From: Candidatus Thorarchaeota archaeon
GTDB taxonomy: Archaea > Asgardarchaeota > Thorarchaeia > Thorarchaeales > Thorarchaeaceae
Direction of reading: 5' to 3'
DNA length: 32,000 nt
Assembly (NCBI GenBank): GCA_003345555.1
Contig: PRDJ01000075.1
Span: 1,100-33,099, forward strand
Shown here: positions 16,700 through 25,988 of the stretch, piece by piece
How positions within the stretch are numbered: position 1 is the stretch's first letter
How the letters are laid out: each line of letters opens with the position of its first letter
The notes under the pieces: generated by a model
Seen by the model: the letters and a program-made list of their open reading frames with translations, nothing else
What the model was told of the DNA's origin: nothing
Databases searched by the model: none
Made by a program: the position numbers and the translations under genes

Positions 16700-17605
16700 T
16701 TGGATATCTTGGCCAAACCGCATTTCGAAGTGGGACTCTTCTCGTCTGATCCGTACTCTCCCCGGGTGCAAAGCTTGACCACGGCATTTCAGAATCGTGG
16801 TGTCAATGCCATTCAGGTGATTCCGTGGAAGATTGCCCGAACGGGCTCAACCAACACCCATCGTGTTGCGACAGGTGGTAAGGATTTGACGGACCTAGAC
16901 TTGCTGCTCGTGTTGGATCTCGGCGCCACTGAAATCGGAGCGTTCTTCAACCGAGTGGGGCTCCTATCGGCTCTGGCAGAGTCGGGCGTCGAGATCATCA
17001 ACTCCGTTTCGTCTATACTCCTTATGCGAAACAAAGCCGAAACCATGCGTAAGCTAATTTCAGCAGGGCTACCAGTCCCAGAGACTCTCATTACAGAGTC
17101 CATCGACATCGCTGTTGATTTCCTTAGATCACACACGCCTTGTGTATTGAAGCCCATAACAGGCTTTGGAGGTCAGGGTGTTCAACTAGTCAAACGCGAG
17201 TTCGATCTTGAGAACATACATGATTATCTCAAGATTCACAGTCAGGCTTACGGAAAAGGGGCCTTTCTTCTTCAGGAGTACATCGAGAATCCCGGGTATG
17301 ATGTTAGGGCTCTGGTTGTCGAAGGCGAAGTCATCGCGACAATGAAGAGGATCGGGGGAGAAGGTATCACTAGAAATATCCACGCGGGTGGGCTACCCCG
17401 CAAGAACGATATAGACGTGGCTGAGCTGGCAATCGGTGCCGCAAAGTCGGTTCGCGGTAGATTGGTGGGGGTGGACATCATTCCAGATCTCTCAGGACAA
17501 CTCTGGGTGCTGGAAGCGAATGCGACTCCGGGCTGGTCGGGCTTACAGCAAGTGACGGATTTCGATATCTCCGACAGAATAGCAGGTGTATTCAGTCGCG
17601 ACTAG
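16700..17605 (+). CDS. RimK/LysX/MptN family ATP-grasp ligase
   Basis: RNK, LPVPET, VLKPITGFGGQGV, LLQEYI, DVRALVV, VGVDII and LEANATPGW. Confidence 0.92.
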   Translation: MDILAKPHFEVGLFSSDPYSPRVQSLTTAFQNRGVNAIQVIPWKIARTGSTNTHRVATGGKDLTDLDLLLVLDLGATEIGAFFNRVGLLSALAESGVEIINSVSSILLMRNKAETMRKLISAGLPVPETLITESIDIAVDFLRSHTPCVLKPITGFGGQGVQLVKREFDLENIHDYLKIHSQAYGKGAFLLQEYIENPGYDVRALVVEGEVIATMKRIGGEGITRNIHAGGLPRKNDIDVAELAIGAAKSVRGRLVGVDIIPDLSGQLWVLEANATPGWSGLQQVTDFDISDRIAGVFSRD

Positions 17606-17747
17606 CCAGTTATTTCCATAAGCTTAAAAGCGGGCTAGATGGCGTCCCATTTACCCGCTCGACGGGGTCACCCCGGTCGGGTGAGAATGTCGTGGAATCC
17701 TTCCTGCTTTGCAGGACAGCAAGACGAAGTTCTGAGGTTCAATTGGT

Positions 17748-18761
17748 TTGACAGAAGCCGCTGAAACAATTCCAGAAGACCTCGAGTTTCTACGAGCTAA
17801 GCTCAGAGAACTCAAAACGCAAGCACGAGAAGATTTGGAGCAGTTGCGGAGAGACCGCGACAAGATGCGGGAATACAAGACAATCCGAGACGAACACAAC
17901 AAGGAAGTCCGTGCCCTGATAGAGTCCGTCAAGGCCGAACGTGAGGAACGTGACCGCATCAATTCTGAGATAACAGAAGCTAAGGACAAACGTACAGCCA
18001 TACATGCACAGCTGAAGAGTGTGTACGACGAAATCCGTGACTTGAGGGACAAGATAGTGGGCAGTCCCTCGACAGACCAGAGAAGAATGATGCGGAGTGT
18101 CGAGGAACTGGAATGGAAACAGCAGACAGAACAACTCTCCATGGACGAGGAGAGACAAATCGTTGATGAGATTGCGAAGATAGAAGCCCAGCTTGTGAAG
18201 ATTGGTCAAGAGAAAGAGAAGCAGGATAAAATAAGCGAACTTCGCAGATTGGCAAGGAGACTCAAGGAGGATGCCACAGATGCTCATCAGAAGGTACTCA
18301 CGCTTTCCGAACAGTCCCAAGTCCATCATCAAGAAGTCGTGAGAATCAGGCCGCAACTGGAGCAGTATAAGAAGTCGGCCGACACAGCACACCAGAACTT
18401 CGTGGAATGGCTGAAGAAGGTCAAGGACGGGGAGACGAAACTGAAGGACGCCCGCACCCAGATTGATGATCTTCACGAGAAAATCAGGAAGCAGATGTCG
18501 GAGAGAAAAGAAGCAGAGAAGACCGGCAAGAAGGCCCAGCAGAGAGAGCAAGATAAAGAACGGCTTGATCTCGCAGTTGAGAAGCTGACTAGCGGCAAAA
18601 GAATGACGTTCGATGAGTTCATCATGGCGCAACGTGTTGTGAGTGATGATAAGAAGCGGTCCAAGAAGAAGCCCGCAACAGATGAAACTCAAGAGACAAC
18701 CGCTGAAGCACCAGAAGAAGAACCGACGACTGATCAGCAAGCCGAGGAAGAGAAAGAGTAG
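17748..18761 (+). CDS. Archaeal coiled-coil protein (COG1340-like) with acidic tail
   Basis: Long E/K/R/Q heptads, ELEWKQQTEQLSMDEERQIV and C-terminal KLTSGKRMTFDE. Confidence 0.85.
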   Translation: MTEAAETIPEDLEFLRAKLRELKTQAREDLEQLRRDRDKMREYKTIRDEHNKEVRALIESVKAEREERDRINSEITEAKDKRTAIHAQLKSVYDEIRDLRDKIVGSPSTDQRRMMRSVEELEWKQQTEQLSMDEERQIVDEIAKIEAQLVKIGQEKEKQDKISELRRLARRLKEDATDAHQKVLTLSEQSQVHHQEVVRIRPQLEQYKKSADTAHQNFVEWLKKVKDGETKLKDARTQIDDLHEKIRKQMSERKEAEKTGKKAQQREQDKERLDLAVEKLTSGKRMTFDEFIMAQRVVSDDKKRSKKKPATDETQETTAEAPEEEPTTDQQAEEEKE

Positions 18762-18810
18762 CTGAGTTGGTCTTTACGCTGGCTGGCGCAAGAACGGTGG
18801 GATTGGAGCT

Positions 18811-20082
18811 TTGAGCAGCACAAGCGAAAGGCCCGTTAGTCGCCATTCCGTTGTTTCTATCTTCTACTTTCTGGCTCTGGGAGCCGGAGTGATGCGTACA
18901 TTCTCTGTCGGTTTTGACATTGTCGCTCTCAACAAGATAATCCCTTCTGAGTACTCCATGGAATATGGTCTCATGGCACAGTGGGTCAGCTTTGTGGTCA
19001 CAAGCCTACTCGTGCTATTCCTGAGTGCAAAGAAGAGAATCGACGAGAAACCAAGACCATTGGGCTACTTGGTCGACCCTGATTTTGGCAGAATAGGTGT
19101 GCTCCCGAAGAAACCCATGATCTATACTTTCATTGGTGGTGTCTTCGCTGGCATTTCGACATTTTCCTACTACTGGTTGGTGGGAACCAATCCAGACGCA
19201 TCCGCTGTGCTACCCTTTGGTCAACTCGCCGTCATCTATCTTCTGATAGGGGATTTGATGGCTGAAAAGGACACGCCCACAATCATCGAAGTTCAGTGCA
19301 TTATGTCCATAATGTTCGGAGTGCTTCTTGTGGGAGTCTCTCCTGAAGGGGAGTTCAGTCCCCTTACATTGCTCGTGGTGCTCGTGCCAATGAACATGTC
19401 ATCTGCAGTCTTGACCTACTATCAACGGAAGACTAAGCGCCACGAAATCAGGCCCGGACTTCAGGTGGACACTCTCAACATGCGTCTCTGGTCGCTGCTC
19501 TTTCTTAACACAGTGTTCAGCCTCCTCGCAATCCCCTCTTTGAATGCCAGTTCATGGCAGATAATGACAGTGACATTTGTGCCCTTGCTCTGGGCAACCA
19601 TCGGCGGGTCCCTGACGGCATTCTTCTCGATCGTGATGTACTCAAGAGCCCTCGGACGGGGATCGATGGCTATCGTCAACTCATTGTCCTCGATTTCGGT
19701 CGTGCTCGGGATACCCTTGATGCTGATTGGCAACCTAATTGTCCCCGGATCCTTCGGGACGATTAGCACCGCTGCTTCCTTATGGACTTTGAAGATCTTT
19801 GGTGTTTCCCTTGTCATGATCGGAGTAATTGCTCTACAGGCATCAGATGTGAGAGCGATCATCATAATCAGAGTCAAACCACAAACCGGAGACCTACTGC
19901 CCCTTCTCTTCAATATCAAGGGAGTTGAGAGCGTTTCTGGGATTGCAGGTGACATTGATTACCTTCTGAGTATCAAGGCTCGTAGCCTCGCGAAGACACG
20001 GTCTCAGATACTAAGTCGGGTTCAGAAGGTTCCCGGTGTTGAGAGCATTCACACGCTCATTGTCCTCAAGGATTACAGATAA
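18811..20082 (+). CDS. DMT/EamA-like transporter fused to a C-terminal Lrp/AsnC ligand-binding (RAM) domain
   Basis: About 10 TM helices, then AIIIIRV...GVESVSGIAGDIDYLL...KVPGVESIHTLIVL. Confidence 0.8.
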   Translation: MSSTSERPVSRHSVVSIFYFLALGAGVMRTFSVGFDIVALNKIIPSEYSMEYGLMAQWVSFVVTSLLVLFLSAKKRIDEKPRPLGYLVDPDFGRIGVLPKKPMIYTFIGGVFAGISTFSYYWLVGTNPDASAVLPFGQLAVIYLLIGDLMAEKDTPTIIEVQCIMSIMFGVLLVGVSPEGEFSPLTLLVVLVPMNMSSAVLTYYQRKTKRHEIRPGLQVDTLNMRLWSLLFLNTVFSLLAIPSLNASSWQIMTVTFVPLLWATIGGSLTAFFSIVMYSRALGRGSMAIVNSLSSISVVLGIPLMLIGNLIVPGSFGTISTAASLWTLKIFGVSLVMIGVIALQASDVRAIIIIRVKPQTGDLLPLLFNIKGVESVSGIAGDIDYLLSIKARSLAKTRSQILSRVQKVPGVESIHTLIVLKDYR

Positions 20083-20123
20083 CAATGTGGATATGATTAG
20101 TAAAACCAGTTCGAGGTGGAAAG

Positions 20124-20378
20124 ATGGGTAACTCAATCCAAGCGTATGTGCTTATGGACATCGAAATAGGGCAGTTGGACAAAGTTGTCGAACAGCTGAG
20201 ACTCATTCAACAAGCCAACAAGATTGCCGTAGTAACAGGACACTACGACATCATAATGCGAATTCAGGTCGAAAGTCTGGAGCAGCTATACGATATCACT
20301 GTCCAAAGAATTCATACGATACCAGGAATTAGGGAGACAACCACGGCAGTGATTGAGAAAATATACGTAGTACACTAG
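20124..20378 (+). CDS. Stand-alone Lrp/AsnC ligand-binding (RAM) domain protein
   Basis: AYVLMDI, VVTGHYDII and IPGIRETTTAVI; no HTH; GAGGTG upstream. Confidence 0.9.
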   Translation: MGNSIQAYVLMDIEIGQLDKVVEQLRLIQQANKIAVVTGHYDIIMRIQVESLEQLYDITVQRIHTIPGIRETTTAVIEKIYVVH

Positions 20379-20498
20379 TTCATTGCTGGAGCGGCGCTAG
20401 TGCTGTTGTGACCCATCACCTTTTATGTTGATGACCCTCGCTCCTGATGTCGGCATGCCATCATTACGTAGGATTGGCTGGCCCTGTCATAGTCGCTC

Positions 20499-21455
20499 AT
20501 GGTGGTCTGCGTGTCAGAAGAAGTCGAGATACTCGGATTGACAAAGAACTTCGGAGAACTTGTCGCACTTGACCATATTGAAGAATCAGTTCCCGAAGGA
20601 TCCATCTTCGGGCTACTTGGGCCTAATGGCGCAGGAAAGAGCACTACCATAAGGCTCCTTTGCACGCTACTGAAGCCTACTGATGGGACGGCCAAAGTAG
20701 GTGGACTGGATATCAGAGAGAGCCCTGTAAAGGTGAGAGAGATTACTGGCGTTCTTCCAGAGGAAGGAAACCACACGCTTTACCCCTCATTGACTGTCTA
20801 CGAGAATCTCGAGTACTTCGGACGGCTATACGGTGTGCCAGATGATGAGATACCGGGCCGAATACAAGACCTCCTGACTTTCATGGAGCTCTGGGAAAGG
20901 AAGGACGACAAGACTGGTACCCTCAGTACAGGCAACAGACAAAGGGTCGCACTCTGTAGAGCGCTGCTTCATAATCCGAGAGTGCTACTGCTTGATGAGC
21001 CAACTTCTGCGCTCGACCCGGTCGCGGCAAAGCGTGTTCGCGAACTCATCATGAGCCTGTCCCAGAAATACAGACAGACATTCTTCATCAACTCACACAA
21101 CTTAGCTGAGGTCCAACGAATCTGTGACAGGATAGCGATTATAGACAAGGGCAAAATCATACTGACTGGAAAAACAACAGAGTTACGTGAGAAGCTGCAC
21201 GGACAGCAGGAATACAGAATAAGAATCGTTGGTGATCCAAGCAAGGCAGAATCGTTAGTCCGGTCTGTTGATTACGTCGAATCTGCAAGTACGGAGGTTG
21301 ACACGATCGTTGTCAGAATCCGGGATCCTCTTCAAAATAACTCGAAGCTGATACGCAAACTGCTGGATGCTGGCGTCAATGTCGTGGAGTTCTCCGAGGA
21401 AGAAGCATCGCTCGAAGATCTGTACTTGGAGACGATCAAAGGAGGTTCTTCGTGA
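20499..21455 (+). CDS. ABC-2 type transporter ATP-binding protein
   Basis: GPNGAGKST, LSTGNRQ signature, LLLDEP and SH switch. Confidence 0.95.
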   Translation: MVVCVSEEVEILGLTKNFGELVALDHIEESVPEGSIFGLLGPNGAGKSTTIRLLCTLLKPTDGTAKVGGLDIRESPVKVREITGVLPEEGNHTLYPSLTVYENLEYFGRLYGVPDDEIPGRIQDLLTFMELWERKDDKTGTLSTGNRQRVALCRALLHNPRVLLLDEPTSALDPVAAKRVRELIMSLSQKYRQTFFINSHNLAEVQRICDRIAIIDKGKIILTGKTTELREKLHGQQEYRIRIVGDPSKAESLVRSVDYVESASTEVDTIVVRIRDPLQNNSKLIRKLLDAGVNVVEFSEEEASLEDLYLETIKGGSS

Positions 21456-22216
21456 TGGCTTTTAGCAAGGCGATGTTGGTTGCCAGAGCAGACCTGAAGA
21501 TGGCACTTCAGGTCAAGTACGTCAGGCTGAGCCTAATAGGGATGGGGGCTTTCGGCCCTATTATAGCGCTGCTATTGATTGTCTTGGTTGTTGCATCGGT
21601 GCCCTTGGGAGCTGACTATTACATCCTGATGGCCTTCTTCCCTCCGATGGGGGCAACTCTCCTCGCCATGTTCTCAGTCATACCGGCGACCATGATTTCT
21701 GCAAACGCGCTTGTTGGCGAAAGAGAACAGAATACGTTGGAGCCCATCCTGTCGACGCCCCTCACAGATCGTGAGCTCCTCCTCGGCAAGACACTGAGTT
21801 CTTTTATCCCAAGCATAGCGCTTCTACTCGCTGGCACATGTGCGGTCTTGCTGGGGTCGACTATTGCGTTTGTAGTCACTGGGAAACCTTGGATGATGAT
21901 TCCCGATGTTCCAGGCCTGTTCTTGATTCTTTGTGCAGCACCGTTAGTGATACTGACCGCTGTCTCAGTAAACATCATAATCAGCGGGAAGGTCAAGAGA
22001 GTCTATGAGGCCTATCAGTCGTCAGGCATGATAATCCTCGTGCTCATGATCCCGATGCTCGTTCCCATCGTCACTTTGGAGGCCGATATGCCGAATCCCA
22101 ACGTGATATGGTTAGCTAATCTCTTCACATTTCTCATTAGTATCATTCTCGTGACCGTCACATGGGCATTGGCATTGAAACGGTTCAACCGCGACACAAT
22201 GGTGTCCCGAAGATAG
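21452..22216 (+). CDS. ABC-2 type transporter permease
   Basis: GEREQNTLEPILSTPL motif and 6 TM; overlaps the ATPase stop by 4 nt. Confidence 0.9.
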   Translation: MMAFSKAMLVARADLKMALQVKYVRLSLIGMGAFGPIIALLLIVLVVASVPLGADYYILMAFFPPMGATLLAMFSVIPATMISANALVGEREQNTLEPILSTPLTDRELLLGKTLSSFIPSIALLLAGTCAVLLGSTIAFVVTGKPWMMIPDVPGLFLILCAAPLVILTAVSVNIIISGKVKRVYEAYQSSGMIILVLMIPMLVPIVTLEADMPNPNVIWLANLFTFLISIILVTVTWALALKRFNRDTMVSRR

Positions 22217-22298
22217 TAGCTGTGTCCCAGGTGGGTCTGAACCACCTTCGTAGAAAAGTCATTTCTGCGGCCGTGCCCCCTGAAAGCCCCATCTCGGG

Positions 22299-22826
22299 TT
22301 AGTCACGAATCGACTTCAGCCCGGTTGGATACCTTGCTGCTAGGTCCTTGTAAATCGATTTGAATCTCGAAAGCTCATCCTTGTGCCGTTGTTGAACGTC
22401 ACCAATTACCTTCGCAGGTACACCAACAGCAATCTTCTCATCTGGCACCTGGAAGCTTTGCGTGATTACTGCGCCTTCTCCAACGATGGCCCAGCGTCCA
22501 ATCACGGCATAGTCTGACACTATCGCGCCCATCCCTATCACTGCCTCGTCCTTCACGGTCGCATTATGTATGATGCAGCCGTGACCAAGAGTCACATTCT
22601 TGCCGACGGTTGTCTTCTCACCGGGTCTCGCATGTACAACCACATTGTCCTGAACACTCGTTCCGTCACCAATCGCCACCTCTCCGTAGTCACCTTTGAC
22701 AACAGCCCCAGGTGCGATGTAGCAGAGGCTGCCAATCGAGACCTTTCCAATCACTGTGGCAGAATGACTGACGTATGCCTTATCACTGATAGCGGGGACC
22801 CTACCTTCGAATTCGTAGACTGTCAT
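22299..22826 (-). CDS. Gamma carbonic anhydrase family (YrdA/CaiE-like) hexapeptide-repeat protein
   Basis: Hexapeptide repeats, VQDN and three His ligands (VVHA, LGHGCIIHNA). Confidence 0.92.
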   Translation of the reverse strand: MTVYEFEGRVPAISDKAYVSHSATVIGKVSIGSLCYIAPGAVVKGDYGEVAIGDGTSVQDNVVVHARPGEKTTVGKNVTLGHGCIIHNATVKDEAVIGMGAIVSDYAVIGRWAIVGEGAVITQSFQVPDEKIAVGVPAKVIGDVQQRHKDELSRFKSIYKDLAARYPTGLKSIRD

Positions 22827-22960
22827 GCAGAATCACGAAAAAGGCAGGTACTAACATCGATATTAGTGTGGAGGTCGATTCCACCGCGACGGTCAAGTCT
22901 GGCGAAACGTTAAATGCCAGCGCGGCGGATTGATTACTGACCGCATTCTGTAAAACAGGG

Positions 22961-23368
22961 ATGGCTCACATGACAAAGAAGACACCCAAGACTGAGGAGC
23001 CGCACGTGTTTCCGATTCTGAAGGGGGAATCAGTGGGACGCAGTGGTGAATTCACTGGTCGAGCAGTCGTTGTTGTAAATCCTAAGAGCCTGAAACGACG
23101 CTGGGCATCGGACGAGATCCCAGTTCTAGGCATGAATCTGGAAAAACACCTCAAGACAAACGCTCGTGAACTGAACAGCCTCTTCACCAAGGTGTCAGCA
23201 GTACTAGCAGAGTTCGGCGAATCAATCGGGGAGTTTGCCTCAGTCGCCTATGCGCAGCAGGCAATCGGAATCATAAAAGTTCAAGATGCATCACACGTTC
23301 TTGAAACTGACATGCACATCCGTCTCCATGCATCCGAGAACCTGGGAGAGGTCTTCTTCATCTCGTGA
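22961..23368 (+). CDS. Degenerate stand-alone PEP-utilising enzyme mobile (swivel) domain
   Basis: KGESVG.SGEFTGRAVVV, EIPVL, SAVLAEFG and FASVA resemble the PPS/PPDK His domain. Confidence 0.6.
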   Translation: MAHMTKKTPKTEEPHVFPILKGESVGRSGEFTGRAVVVVNPKSLKRRWASDEIPVLGMNLEKHLKTNARELNSLFTKVSAVLAEFGESIGEFASVAYAQQAIGIIKVQDASHVLETDMHIRLHASENLGEVFFIS

Positions 23369-23498
23369 TTTCCGGACAGAAGAATCATAGCACTGCTCCC
23401 TACGACAGAACTTTGCTTTCATCCTAGTGGAGTACTGTACGAATGATGGAAACTGAAAGCCTTTATCGAGAGGTTGCTTCGAAGCCTCTTGGAGATAT

Positions 23499-24515
23499 GT
23501 GATGCCCAAGTCAGAGGAGCCGACAAGGCAGTTCCTGAAGCTGGACCTCTGGGCAATCCGAAGGCGCACCTTTTCGGTAGTGCTTATCAGCTTACCAGTA
23601 TTCGCAGCCTATTGTGGGGTTCTCTTACTGCTGTTTCCTGCATCAGGGACGCCCGAAGGAGCCGTCGTTTTGATTGTTGTCGAAGGCGCAGTCGGCCTCG
23701 CGGCCACACGCAAATACAGTGGTCTTGGAGCAGGAACCAGGTCCCGACTAGGTTTCGTAGACCCTTCGATTCTAGGCTCAGGCTGGAAAGAAGTAACGGC
23801 CGACATGCATCGAGAGGAAATCTCGCGCCTCTTCGAAAGGACATACGCCGAAATCGACGAACACGAAAGCTCGAGAGCAGACGATTTGAACGATGTTGCA
23901 TGGTTCGCTGTACTAGCCTACTCAGTCACCAGCATGGGGATAGCAGTCGCCACCGGACCCAAGATGTATCTGGTACTAGGTGCAGCCGGTCTTCTTCTCG
24001 TACTATGCGGTGTCTGTTATGTTGCGGGCTATCGAAACTATCGGATTAGACTTCTGGAAGAAGATGTGGATCAGCTTCAGCATCATGTAATGGCTCGATT
24101 ATCTGCCCTTGAGATCATCATCACAAAAGGTCGAAGCTGCGTACAGTGGCTTGAGAAGGAAAAGCTCAGAGTCCTTTCTGATGTAGGATTCGTTGTTGAG
24201 TCACCTAATACCACAGTATCCTATTGGTTTGGAATTCCATCTCAACAGTCTGAACGGTTTGAAATCATCGGACCTCATGAGCTCTCGCCGGGTCTTCTCG
24301 CCAGACTGAGAAATGCTCCAATCATGACACAATCAGGCTGGCAACTTTCTACCCGCCAACAAGAATCGAATCTCATGATTCAGATATTCAACCCCGTGAA
24401 GTTGGTGAGATTCCATCCAGACTGCTCAGTCGTACTGAATCCCACTTTTTCCTCTGCGGCATCCGCCGTTCTGGTCGAGAGCATGTCAATGCTTGTTGGC
24501 CTCTTTGTAATATAG
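23499..24515 (+). CDS. Hypothetical membrane protein (two TM hairpins plus soluble C-terminus)
   Basis: 338-aa ORF with four hydrophobic segments; no family recognised. Confidence 0.7.
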   Translation: MMPKSEEPTRQFLKLDLWAIRRRTFSVVLISLPVFAAYCGVLLLLFPASGTPEGAVVLIVVEGAVGLAATRKYSGLGAGTRSRLGFVDPSILGSGWKEVTADMHREEISRLFERTYAEIDEHESSRADDLNDVAWFAVLAYSVTSMGIAVATGPKMYLVLGAAGLLLVLCGVCYVAGYRNYRIRLLEEDVDQLQHHVMARLSALEIIITKGRSCVQWLEKEKLRVLSDVGFVVESPNTTVSYWFGIPSQQSERFEIIGPHELSPGLLARLRNAPIMTQSGWQLSTRQQESNLMIQIFNPVKLVRFHPDCSVVLNPTFSSAASAVLVESMSMLVGLFVI

Positions 24516-24637
24516 CTTGGGCCCCCGGCTCGTCAGACAGGGCCGCAATTGAGGCGTGGCCAAACACACAGCGCCCTCGAGATGCCTGTCGCTAGATTCA
24601 ATAAGACCCTTTGAAGGTAGCCAATCCGAACAGAAAA

Positions 24638-25831
24638 ATGGCTAGAACCATCGGCATCATCGGCAACGGCGTGGCCGCCATTACTGCGACGCGTGAGATC
24701 GCCCATATCGACCCAAGTGTGAAGATTGAAGTCTTTACCGACGAACGTCACGCTTACTACCCAAGACCTAGGCTTATTGACTATATTGCAGGTCGTGTGA
24801 ACGAGAAGGATATCATTCAGTATGATCAAGACTGGTATGAGAAGCAGGGCGCGCAACTGCATCTCTCTGAGGCCGCTGCAAAGGTCGACTCGCAGACAAG
24901 AAGTATAGTCACTCATTCTTCCACTCATTCTGGTTTCGGTGCCGTGCTGGTCGGCGTCGGGAGCTACCCATTCATCCCTCCCATTCAAGGTACAGACAAA
25001 CGAGGGGTTTTCGTTCTCAGGACCCTGGATGATGCGACGATAATTCGAGACTCAATAAGAGGCGCGGGTCAAGTAGTAATCGTGGGAGGAGGCATCCTTG
25101 GAGTGGAACTCGCCGCTGCAGTCCGGGAAGCGGGCCAAGAACCAGTGGTTGTCACGAACATCGACACACTGCTGCCTGCACAACTCGACCACAATGCAAG
25201 CGGATTGTTGACCAAGAGACTAAGAGAGATGGGCATTAGGGTCTTGATGAATTATGCATGCAAGGAAATCACCGGAGGCGACCGGGCAACCGGTGTTGTG
25301 CCCACGACGGGAAACTCCATTGCAGGTGATATGATTGTCGTTGCGACTGGCGTTAAGCCCAACGTTGAGCTCGCCAAAGCAACGGGCATTGGGGTCGGCA
25401 GAGGAATCATCGTCGACGAACGAATGCAGACTTCGGTTCCAAGGGTTTTCGCTGCGGGTGACTGTATCGAGTGGAAAGGGACGTACTATGGAATAATACC
25501 TGTGGCCCTAGAAAGTGCGAAGGTCGCTGCACGCAACATGCTCAAGCCAGACAGCGCAAGATACGAGGGTACAATTCCATCGAACACGCTACAAGTTGCT
25601 GGCATAGACTTGACCTCGATTGGCGTTTTCAATCCACAGACTCCGGAGTACGAGTCGTTTGTACGAACGGATGCTCAGAGGGGAACATATCTCAAAGTAG
25701 TGACCAAGGATGGCACGGCAGTTGGCGGTATTGCATTTGGTGACAGGAAGTTCGCGGTGAAGTTGAGAGGCTTGGTGATGAATCACAAGGACTTGTCGAG
25801 GCTGAAGGATGCAGTCTTCGACGCTGATTGA
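24638..25831 (+). CDS. NAD(P)/FAD-dependent oxidoreductase (NirB/rubredoxin reductase-like)
   Basis: IIGNGVAA, VIVGGGILGVE, ATGVKPN and VFAAGDC; no redox Cys near the N-terminus; ORF extends to TTG 24611. Confidence 0.9.
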   Translation: MARTIGIIGNGVAAITATREIAHIDPSVKIEVFTDERHAYYPRPRLIDYIAGRVNEKDIIQYDQDWYEKQGAQLHLSEAAAKVDSQTRSIVTHSSTHSGFGAVLVGVGSYPFIPPIQGTDKRGVFVLRTLDDATIIRDSIRGAGQVVIVGGGILGVELAAAVREAGQEPVVVTNIDTLLPAQLDHNASGLLTKRLREMGIRVLMNYACKEITGGDRATGVVPTTGNSIAGDMIVVATGVKPNVELAKATGIGVGRGIIVDERMQTSVPRVFAAGDCIEWKGTYYGIIPVALESAKVAARNMLKPDSARYEGTIPSNTLQVAGIDLTSIGVFNPQTPEYESFVRTDAQRGTYLKVVTKDGTAVGGIAFGDRKFAVKLRGLVMNHKDLSRLKDAVFDAD

Positions 25832-25835
25832 TTAC

Positions 25836-25985
25836 TCACTCCTGGATTTCAACCAATGATTGACGCCCCTTGCCCTGTGGCACTAGCGAAATCACACTCT
25901 CCGCAGACGCCCGCAGCTCGTCCATATGCGTTACTACTATGACCTGATCCAGAGATTCGATATCTACGACAGCTTGAGGAAACCA
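25836..25985 (-). pseudogene. Orphan C-terminal fragment of a Rad50/SbcC/SMC-type ABC ATPase
   Basis: Minus strand reads ...IESLDQVIVVTHMDELRASAESVISLVPQGKGRQSLVEIQE-TGA; matches the Rad50 H-loop segment pattern; no N-terminal part. Confidence 0.6.
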
Positions 25986-25988
25986 TCA

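Noticed and set aside
17700-17747. GGTTCAA resembling a tRNA T-loop
   Set aside because: No flanking T-stem, acceptor stem or cloverleaf
17790-18740. 316-aa antisense ORF
   Set aside because: Shadow of the coiled-coil gene; its Leu/Phe richness mirrors GAA/AAG codons
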